Shown here: positions 49,882 to 59,400 of the stretch, piece by piece
Layout: every line of letters starts with the position of its first letter
Numbering within the stretch: the first letter of the stretch is position 1
NCBI GenBank assembly: GCA_965203175.1
Contig: OZ241867.1
Span: forward strand, 1,536,001 to 1,600,000
Source: Candidatus Latescibacterota bacterium
GTDB lineage: Bacteria > Latescibacterota > UBA2968 > UBA8231
Direction of reading: 5' to 3'
DNA length: 64,000 nucleotides
The notes under the pieces: model-generated
What the model was told of the DNA's origin: nothing
What the model saw: the letters and a program-made list of their open reading frames with translations, nothing else
Databases searched by the model: none
Translations under genes and position numbers: made by a program

Positions 49882-50151
49882 TTATTGAAGAGGGTCGATT
49901 TTGAAAGGTGCTTGACCTGATTGTAACCGTTCCCAATCTGTCAGTAATTCTTCATGGTGTAACTCCATCCAAGCCTCAACTAGGCGCTGCTGTCGCCGGG
50001 AAAGTTGTCCCGCGATCAGTTCAATGGTATCAATGGCATATACACCAACATCCTCTTGGTAATAAGCGTGAAGGTGAGGTCGGTGATGAGGTGCATGAGG
50101 CTCGGCATACATTCGTATTATGATGCCGAAAAATCGGGAAATTTCAGGCAT
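49882..50151 (-). CDS. DUF4160 domain protein (putative HicA-like toxin)
   Basis: MPEISRFFGIIIRMY...H.PHLHAYY...LVEAW..LH.EEL..DW...KIDPL. Confidence 0.9.
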   Translation of the reverse strand: MPEISRFFGIIIRMYAEPHAPHHRPHLHAYYQEDVGVYAIDTIELIAGQLSRRQQRLVEAWMELHHEELLTDWERLQSGQAPFKIDPLQ

Positions 50152-50162
50152 TTGTCTCGGGA

Positions 50163-50654
50163 TCAGGTAACTTCGTTCAGCCTTCCGGTGGCGCAGTCAT
50201 AGACGAAGCCCCGCACGTCGTCCTTATTCGGGATGAACGGGCTGGCCTGAATGCGGGCGATCGACTGCCGTACGTCCTCCTCGAGATCGCCGAACGCCTC
50301 TAGGGCAAAGGCCGGGCGGATGCCGGTATCGGCCGCGATCGCGTCCTTCACGTCGTCGTCGCGGAATGTCAGCATGCCGCAGTCCGTGTGGTGGATGAGC
50401 ATGATCGAAGTCGTGCCTAACAACCGCTGCGAGATCGTCAGCGAACGAATCGCGTCGTCGGTTATCACGCCGCCCGCATTCCGAATCACGTGCGCGTCCC
50501 CTTCTGCGATCCCCAGCAGGCTGTGCGTGTCGATGCGCGCGTCCATGCAGGCCACCACCGCTAGGTTCAGCCTTGGAGGCAGGGGAAGGTCGCCCTTATC
50601 GAAGTTTTCGACATAGCGGGCGTTATTCTCGAGAAGTTCATTGATAATGGCCAT
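50163..50654 (-). CDS. beta-class carbonic anhydrase (clade D)
   Basis: ACMDAR, IRNAGG, HHTDCGM, GFVYD..TG. Confidence 0.93.
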   Translation of the reverse strand: MAIINELLENNARYVENFDKGDLPLPPRLNLAVVACMDARIDTHSLLGIAEGDAHVIRNAGGVITDDAIRSLTISQRLLGTTSIMLIHHTDCGMLTFRDDDVKDAIAADTGIRPAFALEAFGDLEEDVRQSIARIQASPFIPNKDDVRGFVYDCATGRLNEVT

Positions 50655-50822
50655 CAGAAATTTCCTTTCGCCGTCGGTTGCGTCTGCGTCAGTCCATGTC
50701 CAGCGGGACGATGCAGACCGTGATGATATTTGTATAAGTAAAATCAAGTCGATGAACGCCTGCAATGATCGGGCAAGCTACCTGATTAGCGTTTGCGATC
50801 CTTGTTATTAAGCGGCTCGAAA

Positions 50823-51359
50823 CTATTCAGACCAGAGTCGCTCGAATCTCAATCGCCCATCACCGGCTTCTTTGAGTGCGAATACGTCTGGATTCGATAG
50901 CGATTCCCATCCAGCGTAGCCGAAATTAGGGTCCAATGAGTTCAGGATCAGACTCAAGAGATTGCCATGGGTTACCGCAATTGGGAACCGGTGATCACCG
51001 TCGAGTGGCTCGGTGATGGCGGCCCAGCCGCGGTCTAACACTTCGCGTGCCGACTCGCCTCCCGGTACCCGCAATTCCAAGTCTCCAAATGAATCGCGGA
51101 CCACCTCGCGCCAGTTGTCAATCGGACTCCCCGAGAGCGTCCGTTCAATTAGGCGGAGATCCAAGTGGACGGGCAATCCCACTGTGGCAGCAAACGGTTC
51201 AATGCTTTGCTGTGCCCGCGCGTAGGAACTGGAGACAATTATATCGATCGGATAATCGGACAAGAACCTAGCGAGTGCTTCCGCCTGTTTTCGCCCAATC
51301 TCTGTCAGCGCCGCATCCGGGTCTTGCCCTGATGACTGACAATGTCTAATCAGCAACAT
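50823..51359 (-). CDS. histidine phosphatase (phosphoglycerate mutase) family protein
   Basis: LIRHCQS, LTEIG, SSSYARAQQS, PGGES, VTHG. Confidence 0.88.
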   Translation of the reverse strand: MLLIRHCQSSGQDPDAALTEIGRKQAEALARFLSDYPIDIIVSSSYARAQQSIEPFAATVGLPVHLDLRLIERTLSGSPIDNWREVVRDSFGDLELRVPGGESAREVLDRGWAAITEPLDGDHRFPIAVTHGNLLSLILNSLDPNFGYAGWESLSNPDVFALKEAGDGRLRFERLWSE

Positions 51360-51366
51360 AGCTTGA

Positions 51367-52296
51367 TCACGACCACCTAGATTTCAGGTCCACCTCAATT
51401 TCCTGCCAAGGGACTTGCAGTTTTGCGGCTGCGGCCATTAACGCATACACGACGCCGTTGAACTCTTCTGGAATCCCCGTTTCCTGCGTAAACGCTCTCA
51501 CAAACTCAGCCGATTCCTCGCCGACCTTCTTGCAAATCGCATTGCTGTCAGCAAGGAGCTTTGACGTACTGGAGCCGGTGGGCTTTTGCGCGACTGCGGA
51601 TATTCTCCGGTACTCCTCTTCCCATGGATTGACAATTTCCCGTCCGATCAATGAGATGTCGCTGAATCGGACGACCTCGGCGACCTTGAGTCCGGTCTTG
51701 GACATTGCGCTCTCGGGCGAGCGTTCGCCGCGATACACCACCTCGACACACCAATCGTGCGTACCCTCTGCTACCGTGTTTTCCGTGTCTCCAGCATAAG
51801 CAACGATACTGATCTGCAGCTTGCTGGATTGGAAGCGCTGCGACAGATACTGGCGCGAGGAGAGGTCGTATTTCTTGTTCACGGCAATGGACACCACTGC
51901 GGACGAATCTGGAATCTGTCCTTCGCGATTCAACAGACAAAGGGCCGGCCGATAGAACTGAGCATTTGGATCGAACCAATCGTAGGTATTGAGGACTCCA
52001 AGTGGAGAATCCCCAGCGCCCAGCATGTACTCGTCGAATAGATCGTCTCCCGTGAGTCCGTACGCGACTTCTCCCCGTAGGAGGCAATCGTCAACTCGTT
52101 GGGGCACATCCTCGCCCCGCGCCGAAATTATTTCGAGGGCTCCCACGCTCTCGTCAGTTCGGATAAACTCACCTCCGTCGCTAACGCCAATCTCACTCAG
52201 GAGATTGTTCACGTACTCATGCAAACCACTGTTCTTGGGAATGTAGAGTTTGGCCTTTGGTTCAGGAACGAATAAACCGATTGCTTCGCGAAACAT
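51367..52296 (-). CDS. divergent fusion of short-form ATP phosphoribosyltransferase (HisG-like) and phosphoribosyl-ATP pyrophosphohydrolase (HisE-like)
   Basis: HisG-like: IPKNSGL, RGEDVP, GLTGDDLFDE, KKY, GDTE, VEVVYRG, GLKVAEVV..S. HisE-like: GSSTSKLL, KKVGEESAE, IEVDLKSR. Confidence 0.75.
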   Translation of the reverse strand: MFREAIGLFVPEPKAKLYIPKNSGLHEYVNNLLSEIGVSDGGEFIRTDESVGALEIISARGEDVPQRVDDCLLRGEVAYGLTGDDLFDEYMLGAGDSPLGVLNTYDWFDPNAQFYRPALCLLNREGQIPDSSAVVSIAVNKKYDLSSRQYLSQRFQSSKLQISIVAYAGDTENTVAEGTHDWCVEVVYRGERSPESAMSKTGLKVAEVVRFSDISLIGREIVNPWEEEYRRISAVAQKPTGSSTSKLLADSNAICKKVGEESAEFVRAFTQETGIPEEFNGVVYALMAAAAKLQVPWQEIEVDLKSRWS

Positions 52297-52385
52297 TTGT
52301 TACTCCTTTTGCACACGGTTAGGTCAATATCCGGTCAATCCGACCAACGTGCAATGACAGGTCTCCCTCCGGTCGGATAGAGGAA

Positions 52386-53723
52386 TCAAGGGTTTGGAAT
52401 TCGTCGGATCCACAGGCGAATTTGCGCCGGGGTGGGCCGTCGAACATTTCCAGGGAGCGCATTTATCCGGTCCTCTACTTGCGCGGCAGATGAAGCGGCC
52501 AAATCCGCCAGCGAACGAATGCCGGCTTTGACCAGCAAATTGCCGTATTCCACTCCAATGCCTTGGTGCAGGTACAGTTCGACGAGGCCACGAGTACCTT
52601 GAGTGCGTTCTCGACCCAACGCCCCTTCCATTTGCCGCCAAATTTCCGCCGACTCTCCAGCTTCCAAATCGGTCAGATAGACGATGCCCTCGTCCTGCAA
52701 AAAAGCGCGAGCAGCCGGATCCAGACTGTCCACTTTGGCCAAGCGCGGCTTCACCGAGCCGACGTTCAAGTAGATGTAGTGGTTGACCGTCAGAGCGAAA
52801 GCCGCGGCCAAAAGAACGATGACGAGCGCATTCCAGACCTTGGTTGGCCTTGGGCGCTGGTCCCGGTGCGCTCCCAATGGCGGTGCCAACCTGTACCACA
52901 CTAACAGGCGATAGACTAGAGCGCATTCCACGGCAAAGGGAGGAAAGCCCAAAAAGCCGGCCAGCGGCATTTCAAAAAGTTTAAACTCTTCAAAAAAGGG
53001 TACTGTGTAGATCCACTTAACTTGGGCCCAATAGTTGAAGAATTCCCACAGACCTCCGGCGATAAATCCGGCCAGCAACTGGCGAGTCAGTGGTGTGTAA
53101 TCGCCGCGTGCCAATTGATGCAGCAAGCTGTCGGGCAGGCGGCGATATTCGACAGGAGCTAAGAGCAGGATAAAGGCCAGCCAAGTGAGCGGGAAGAAGA
53201 AGCGCGGCCACACAAGGACCAGCGCTAGCCCGATCAGGCCGGCTATTTGCAGGAGGGGTAGACGACGAGGAGTCAGCGACCAACGACGACCCTGCCAACC
53301 GGCAACCACGCCGCGCAGACCCAAGTAGTATTCCAACCACAGCAGACCGGGGAAAACAGTGGCAAAGGAGAAGACCGCGTTCAGCGTCTGCAAAACAAGG
53401 TGGTCGAGGACGAAGATGTAATACCAGTTTTGCAGACGGAAATTGATCAACTCAAAGGCGTACCACCCCACTGCGGACCAAAAAAGAATCAGCAAAAAAG
53501 CCGGACCGCAGCGGGCGATGAGCGAGCGCCCTTCCCGCCACTGGATGAGTCGGTCTAGAGTCCAGATAATACCGTACCAGGCGAATAGGTAAAACAAGGT
53601 GGTCACAGGTTCCACCCGGCGCAGCATGAGGACAAAGGAAATCCCGATGAACAAGGGGCCTAATAGAAGCAGCAGCGCGGACTGGAAACGGCGCGAATCC
53701 AGCGGCGCGGAACAGGTGGTCAT
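52386..53723 (-). CDS. membrane protein with C-terminal DUF4332-like (HhH) domain
   Basis: Multiple TM segments, WYAFELIN, GLWEFFNYWA..KW.Y, KLFEMPL.GFLGFPPF; GIGVEYGNLLVKAGIRSLADLA. Confidence 0.7.
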   Translation of the reverse strand: MTTCSAPLDSRRFQSALLLLLGPLFIGISFVLMLRRVEPVTTLFYLFAWYGIIWTLDRLIQWREGRSLIARCGPAFLLILFWSAVGWYAFELINFRLQNWYYIFVLDHLVLQTLNAVFSFATVFPGLLWLEYYLGLRGVVAGWQGRRWSLTPRRLPLLQIAGLIGLALVLVWPRFFFPLTWLAFILLLAPVEYRRLPDSLLHQLARGDYTPLTRQLLAGFIAGGLWEFFNYWAQVKWIYTVPFFEEFKLFEMPLAGFLGFPPFAVECALVYRLLVWYRLAPPLGAHRDQRPRPTKVWNALVIVLLAAAFALTVNHYIYLNVGSVKPRLAKVDSLDPAARAFLQDEGIVYLTDLEAGESAEIWRQMEGALGRERTQGTRGLVELYLHQGIGVEYGNLLVKAGIRSLADLAASSAAQVEDRINALPGNVRRPTPAQIRLWIRRIPNP

Positions 53724-54631
53724 TGGGAAGAATCGAGTTCCAAAACTGCGGCCAAACTGTCGCCTTGGTGGACGCGGTTGAAGACCCGCAGACACAAGAT
53801 CAAACCCGCTTGGGTCGATGCCACTTCCTCGCGCCGCTGCCCCAGATGATCAACCACTGTGCCGATCACATCGCCCGGTTGCACCGGCGCTTTCAATGTA
53901 ACCCGAGGCTCAAAATAACCGGCAAAGGGCGCTGGGTAATTGACTTGTATGTGACCAGAGTTTTCGCGGTCGTCTTCCACGGTGTACTCGGTGCGCAGGG
54001 GCGGCAGAGCACGGTCGATCATGTCCACTTCGGCCAAGACGTTCAAGCAGCCCTCGAAATAAGCATCCGCGCCCTCGGGATCGCACGTGCCACCCCCCAT
54101 CCACTCGGCGTAGATGGCCGGCACCTTGGCGTCGCGGGCCACTGAGAGCGTGCGTCCGTCGAGGCGAGCCGAAGTGCCCCAGATGATGGGCATATTCAGC
54201 GCTCGGGCCATGCGCCGTTGTACATCGAGGATAGCTTTATCGGGGTGCAGGGCGTATCCCACGGTAGGATAGAATTCCATGACTATCCCGCCGCTGTGCA
54301 GGTCGATGAGATAGTCGGCCCGGCGGATTTCCTCGCTGACGGCGTGGGCCGTGCGCTCGGTGATCGAGCCGTCGGGCCGGCCCGGGCAGGTGCGAGCCAA
54401 GTCCAACTCGTCTTCAGCCGTGCGCTGGCCGCGCCAATAGGCCGCCTCGTTGACTACGGGGATGGCCGTGAGGCGACCCCGCAGGTCCGCTGGATCGAGG
54501 TAGTCCAGCAGGCGGCGAATGGCTGCCATAGACTCGAACTCGTCGCCGTGGACGCCGCCCAGGATCAGCAGGTTGGGACCTTTTTGGGCCCCTTCTATTA
54601 CTTGTTGTTGCAGGGTGATTGTCGGAGTCAT
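53720..54631 (-). CDS. succinylglutamate desuccinylase/aspartoacylase (M14) family protein
   Basis: GGVHGDE, DLARTCPG, IDLHSGG, AEWMGG. Confidence 0.9.
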   Translation of the reverse strand: MTPTITLQQQVIEGAQKGPNLLILGGVHGDEFESMAAIRRLLDYLDPADLRGRLTAIPVVNEAAYWRGQRTAEDELDLARTCPGRPDGSITERTAHAVSEEIRRADYLIDLHSGGIVMEFYPTVGYALHPDKAILDVQRRMARALNMPIIWGTSARLDGRTLSVARDAKVPAIYAEWMGGGTCDPEGADAYFEGCLNVLAEVDMIDRALPPLRTEYTVEDDRENSGHIQVNYPAPFAGYFEPRVTLKAPVQPGDVIGTVVDHLGQRREEVASTQAGLILCLRVFNRVHQGDSLAAVLELDSSQ

Positions 54632-54670
54632 AGATGGGAGACTGCCTTTCGATCCACAGTTGGCTGTCTT

Positions 54671-55627
54671 TCAACTGTCATCGCGATAAGGACCTGTATC
54701 AATGCCGGGTAGGGTATGCTCCAAAAGGTCTAGCGTTTGGCTGGTGAAGTACGGGTGTCCGGGTTCGGGCCAACCGAACAGGCCGCGCACTCTGGGTGTG
54801 GTGGCCGTGAAAAAGGGCAGCATGTGATCGCGTTCGCCGTAGATAAAGGGATTGGCGAACCGGGTCCAGCGATCATTATCGCGGCGACACATGGACAGAG
54901 TCCAAAAGGCGCGCTGCTTGCGCTTATTGGCAAAGGGTTGCGCCGCGTGTACTAGGTAAGACGAGTAGAAGAGAGCCGCCCGCCGCCGACCCGTGGCGGG
55001 GACCGGAGCGGACAGTTCGGTGGCTTGGCGCAGGTCTTTGAAGGATCCACCCGCGGCGTTGTCGTGGTCCAGCGCCCGCACAAAAGCGGGACCAGCTACT
55101 TTGTGCGAGCCGGGAATGACCAGCATGGGGGCACCGTCGTCTTCGACATCGTGCAGGTACACTCCCGAATTGACGTAGTCGAAACGGCCTATTTGGTCGT
55201 GGGGCGGCAGCAGGCAATTGGTGTAGTGGTCGATGTGGTAGCCCTCCCAAGGATTGTCGGGATGGCGCTTGTCAGTAGGCCCCGAGCGCATAAAAAGGTG
55301 GGCATTGCAGTAGCTGGCTTTTGCGTCCAAGCATTGCTCAAAAACGTCGAGATAAGTCTCGTTTTCTATCAGCCGATCCAAAGCCGGCGCGCCCACGGGA
55401 AATTGCGAGCGGCCCTCGGAGTGGTCGTGCGTGGTGGTGAAGCCGTCCGAGACTCCGGAGGCATTGCCGCGGTCGCAAGCGGCCAGCCATTGCTCGAAGG
55501 ATTGACCGTAGAAAATCTGTTCCATCGCCGCTAGAGCGGCATCCATCTCGTCGGCAGTGAATAGGTCGGGGACAATGATGTAGCCGTCGCGGTGGAATTG
55601 GTCGAGCTGGGCTGGCGTTAGGCTCAT
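54671..55627 (-). CDS. PhyH family dioxygenase
   Basis: LTPAQLDQFHRDGY, YHID, IPGSH, LVHAA...R. Confidence 0.88.
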   Translation of the reverse strand: MSLTPAQLDQFHRDGYIIVPDLFTADEMDAALAAMEQIFYGQSFEQWLAACDRGNASGVSDGFTTTHDHSEGRSQFPVGAPALDRLIENETYLDVFEQCLDAKASYCNAHLFMRSGPTDKRHPDNPWEGYHIDHYTNCLLPPHDQIGRFDYVNSGVYLHDVEDDGAPMLVIPGSHKVAGPAFVRALDHDNAAGGSFKDLRQATELSAPVPATGRRRAALFYSSYLVHAAQPFANKRKQRAFWTLSMCRRDNDRWTRFANPFIYGERDHMLPFFTATTPRVRGLFGWPEPGHPYFTSQTLDLLEHTLPGIDTGPYRDDS

Positions 55628-55759
55628 GGGGTCTCGATCTAGTAAGGTTGAGGTTGATTTTCAAGCGGTTGGTGGTAAGATACCGCACTCGACTAGCGAG
55701 TCAACTCAAGGAGGAAACCGGCCTTCAATGAGATTTCCGAACTTTTTCTCCTTCGTCTT

Positions 55760-55787
55760 TGAACCTGTACTTTCCGGGCGGCGTCTT
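55760..55787 (+). promoter_or_regulatory. putative ECF-sigma (autoregulatory) promoter
   Basis: TGAACC-N16-CGTCTT ending 18 bp before the sigma ATG; matches the AAC/CGT consensus of ECF promoters. Confidence 0.6.
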
Positions 55788-55805
55788 TATTTCCAGAGAG
55801 CCTTG

Positions 55806-56405
55806 ATGCAGATACCGGACCCACAACTCATAGCGCAAATAAAAGAACGCGATGAACGCGCATTCCAGCAGTTCTTTGAGCGCTATCGGGAGCAGATCCA
55901 CGATCACGTGCGCCGCATCGTTCGCGACGATGCGAGTGCCAACGATGTAGTGCAGGAGGTTTTCTTGCGAGTGTGGAACCGGGCCGGCCAATGGAGCGGT
56001 CGAGGGGCTGTAGCTGCTTGGCTGTTTAGCATCGCCACTCATCTCTCCCTGACTCACCTGCGCACCGTGCGAAGGCGGCGGGAACAGCGGCTGGAAATGC
56101 TGTCTGAAACCGTGGAGCAGGAGACGCAGCAAGTGCCCGAATGGATGATTGAGGCGGCGTCCGAGCGCCCCGACGCCCAAGTGGAACGGGCCGACCAGCA
56201 GCGCTGGTTGCGGCGACAAGTACAAGAACTGTCCGAGGACAAGCGCGAGGTTTTCCATCTGATCTACGACGCCCAAGTAGAAGTGCGGGACGCCGCCGAC
56301 CGCTTGGGCATTCCCGAAGGCACCGTAAAGTCGCGGCTGCACCACGGCCGCCGCCAACTCTCACAGGCTTGGCAGGCCATCCATAACCCGGAGGAGCATG
56401 AATGA
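55806..56405 (+). CDS. ECF (group 4 sigma70) RNA polymerase sigma factor
   Basis: Region 2 ANDVVQEVFLRVW...AWLFSIATH; region 4 LSEDKREVFHL...AADRLGIPEGTVKSRLHHGR; an upstream ATG at 55728 is possible. Confidence 0.93.
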   Translation: MQIPDPQLIAQIKERDERAFQQFFERYREQIHDHVRRIVRDDASANDVVQEVFLRVWNRAGQWSGRGAVAAWLFSIATHLSLTHLRTVRRRREQRLEMLSETVEQETQQVPEWMIEAASERPDAQVERADQQRWLRRQVQELSEDKREVFHLIYDAQVEVRDAADRLGIPEGTVKSRLHHGRRQLSQAWQAIHNPEEHE

Positions 56406-59400
56406 CATTGAATCTCGACGTACCTTGGCATAGGGAGTCCTTTGACCTTTTCGTCCACCAGCGACTGCCCCAGCTTTTGGGCGAGCGCTTGCCGCTGGCC
56501 GATTATCAAGTCGAACAACAGGACTCCTATACTTTTTCCATTAAACTGAGCTTGGGACTCGGCGATGCCCCGGTCGAGGTTGAGTACCGAGATTTGCCTC
56601 GGCCCGACCGCGATGGTCTTTTCCACATTGAAGGCAACTACCGGGTCGTGGTCCCCTATCCCGACCGGCGCGAACTCGCTCAAGCGCGGATTCTGTGCGT
56701 GGGCGAGCAGCTCTACGACTTTATTGACCAAAGATTGGAAGCGGCTCCTGAGCAATTGGCTTGGGATGGCGACTTAGTGCGGAGTTGGCTGCCGCTAGAC
56801 GCTTGGATGCGCGACTTCCACTTGGAGGCAACTTCCCAGTACCTCCAGGCGACCAACTGGCTTGACCGCTATACTCATCTGCGGCGGCTGACTTTGATCC
56901 CCATCGTTGACGAGCCTTTTGTCGACCAAGACGTTTTCCCCGACAGCCAATACGGCCTAGTGTGCCCCCACTGCACTCCCGAGGGACCCAATATCGGCCG
57001 AGTGCTAGAAGTAGCCCGCGGTGCCCGCATCCGCGACGGCAAGCTCGAACGGATCGACGAAGCGCCCGACAGCATCTTGGGTTTTTCGGCCTCCATGGTG
57101 CCCTTTCTCGAACACGACGATACCAATCGCGCTCTGATGGGCATCAATATGATGCGCCAGTGGACGAGCGCCGCCGATACCGCGGCACCGGTCCACGCCA
57201 CGGGTTGGTTCCGCCAGCAGCACGATCAGCGCTTGGCCTCCAAGGGCCACAAACCCGAACCAGCCCTAGTGCAGACGGGATACGAGCCGGAGGCCGCCGA
57301 CTTTTGGGGCGGGTACAATCTGCTGACCGCCTTCGTCATGTGGGATGGGGACACGTTTGAGGATGGCTTAGTCATTAGCGAGTCGGCCGCGGCGCGGATG
57401 GACTTTCCCGCCGCAGTGGGGGTGGGCGACAAACTAAGCAACCGCCACGGTGCCAAAGGAGTGGTGGCGCGCATCCTGCCCGACGCCGACATGCCGCAGT
57501 TGCCCGACGGTACGTCGGTAGAGCTCATTTTGAGTCCGACCAGTATGGTCTCGCGGCTCAACTTCGGCCAGCAGCGCGAGGCGGTCATGGGTCGCATTGC
57601 CCGAGCCGAGGGGACTCCGGCGGTGGTGCCGCCTTTCCAAGCACCCAGCGAAAAAGTGTTGAAAGCGCGTCTGGTTGAGGCGGGACTGCCCGAAGACGGC
57701 ATGGAGCAACTGACCCTCAAAGGCGCAAAGCTGCCCTATCGCAGTACCGTGGGTTGGGTGTACTGGGGTCTTCTGGCGGCCCACACTGCGGCCGAGCACT
57801 TGGAAACCGCGGTGATAGGAGTCGGCGGACCAGCGCTCGACATGATGGCCTACGGAGCTTTGAGCGAGGCCGGGGCCGTAGCCAATATCCACGCTTTGTT
57901 CAACACGGCCGCGGCTGAGCGGCCCGACGCCGATGCGCTAGGCCAGCGTTTGGCTTCTGACCCAATATCCCCGTCTCCGCCTCCGTCTCCACGCTTTGCT
58001 CTATTGCAGCAGTTGTTGGGTATGGCCGGGATACGGGCCGAGTTGGCGGGCGGGGCATTGCGCTTTGCCTTTGCCGAGCCGAAGGGATTGACCTTGGCTC
58101 GCCCCGTGTCGCACCCGTGGGCACCGGGACGCCAAGTAGGGACGGTGGGAGATCCCGGCGCTTTGCCTGCGGGGATCGAGTTCGACCCGATTCGAGGCTG
58201 CTACGAGGATTTGGTCGAAGCTAATACGCGTTTGCAGCGCATCATCGATAGCGAAGCGCCCGAGGCTCTGGTCGGGCCAGCAGTGGCACAGGTGACCCAA
58301 CGGGTGGAGGATTTTTTTATCGCGTTGTTGCGCCCGGAGCACCTCCACTTTCAAGCAAGACCGCTGTTTAGCGGCCGGGCCGCGCTTGTCTCTGGTTTTG
58401 AGTTGGAGCTCGACCAAGTGGGCCTACCCGAGGAGATGGCCTGGAATTTGTTCGGGCCTCAGGTAGAGCGGGAGATAGGTCGCGCCGAGGAAGTGGCGCA
58501 GCGTTCGCCCCGAGCGGCTAAGGTTCTGGACGCGATCATGGAGCGCTCGTGGGTGCTGCTGTACAGCGCCCAGCGGGTGCTAGTTGACGATGGCCCGGCG
58601 TCCACCGCAGTGGTGGCCTTTCGTCCGCAGCGTTTGGCCGGGGCCGCAGTGCGCGTCCATCCGCGCATTTGCCGACTGATGGAGCTAGATTTCGACGGCG
58701 ATCAGATCGAGGTGTTTTTGCCCCTCACTGAGGAAGCCCAGGCCGAAGCCGAAACTGCGCTGTCGGTGGCCGGGCACATACAGCGCGACGCGGATATATG
58801 GCGCTACGTGACCGACAACTACCACGGCATGATATGGGGCTTGGCGCAGCTTTGCCGCACGGAGGAAGGCCGCGCCGAAGTGGAACGGCTGACCGGAGTG
58901 GCCGTGGATGGCAGTCGGCTGTTCGTCAAGCACGACCTCAACCGCTTATTAGCTCAGGTGCTGCAGCGCGAGGGCCTAGAGCGAGCACTGGAGGTACTCG
59001 ACCAGCTAACGCGGCGCGGCTTTGAGGTCTGCAAGCAGTCGGGGGCCTCCTTCAATCCCTTCCTCGGTTCGAGCAAGGAGTGGCCTGAGCAACCCGAGGA
59101 AGCCGATTGGGACGAGTGGCAAATGTACAGCGACGAGTTAGTGGCAGCTTTCTACCAGCAGGCCGATTTCGACGACAACGACTTGGGGCCTTTGGCTCTG
59201 TTGTCGCTGTCGGGGGCGCGGGGCAACCAACAGCAGTTGATCCAATACGTGGGCGGCGGTCTGCTCTATCGGGAAGATGGCAGTCTATTCGCTCAGCGCG
59301 GTTGTTGGCGCGACGGCCTGTCGGTAGAGGAAACCAAGGTGCGGGCCCCGCGTGCCTTATGGTGGGGTCTGGCCGCCGCCAACCAGCGCTGGATTGAGGC

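Noticed and set aside
52338-52378. ATCCGACC...GGTCGGAT inverted repeat as an attC site or terminator
   Set aside because: Only 8-bp arms, no U-tract and no recognisable attC core sites.
55739-55760. Second ECF-like motif GAACTT...CGTCTT
   Set aside because: The spacer is only about 9 bp, too short for a promoter.
55626-55805. Longer N-terminus of the sigma ORF (starts at 55626 or 55728)
   Set aside because: Sigma homology begins at about 55806; the extension overlaps the putative promoter and, for 55626, the divergent PhyH start.
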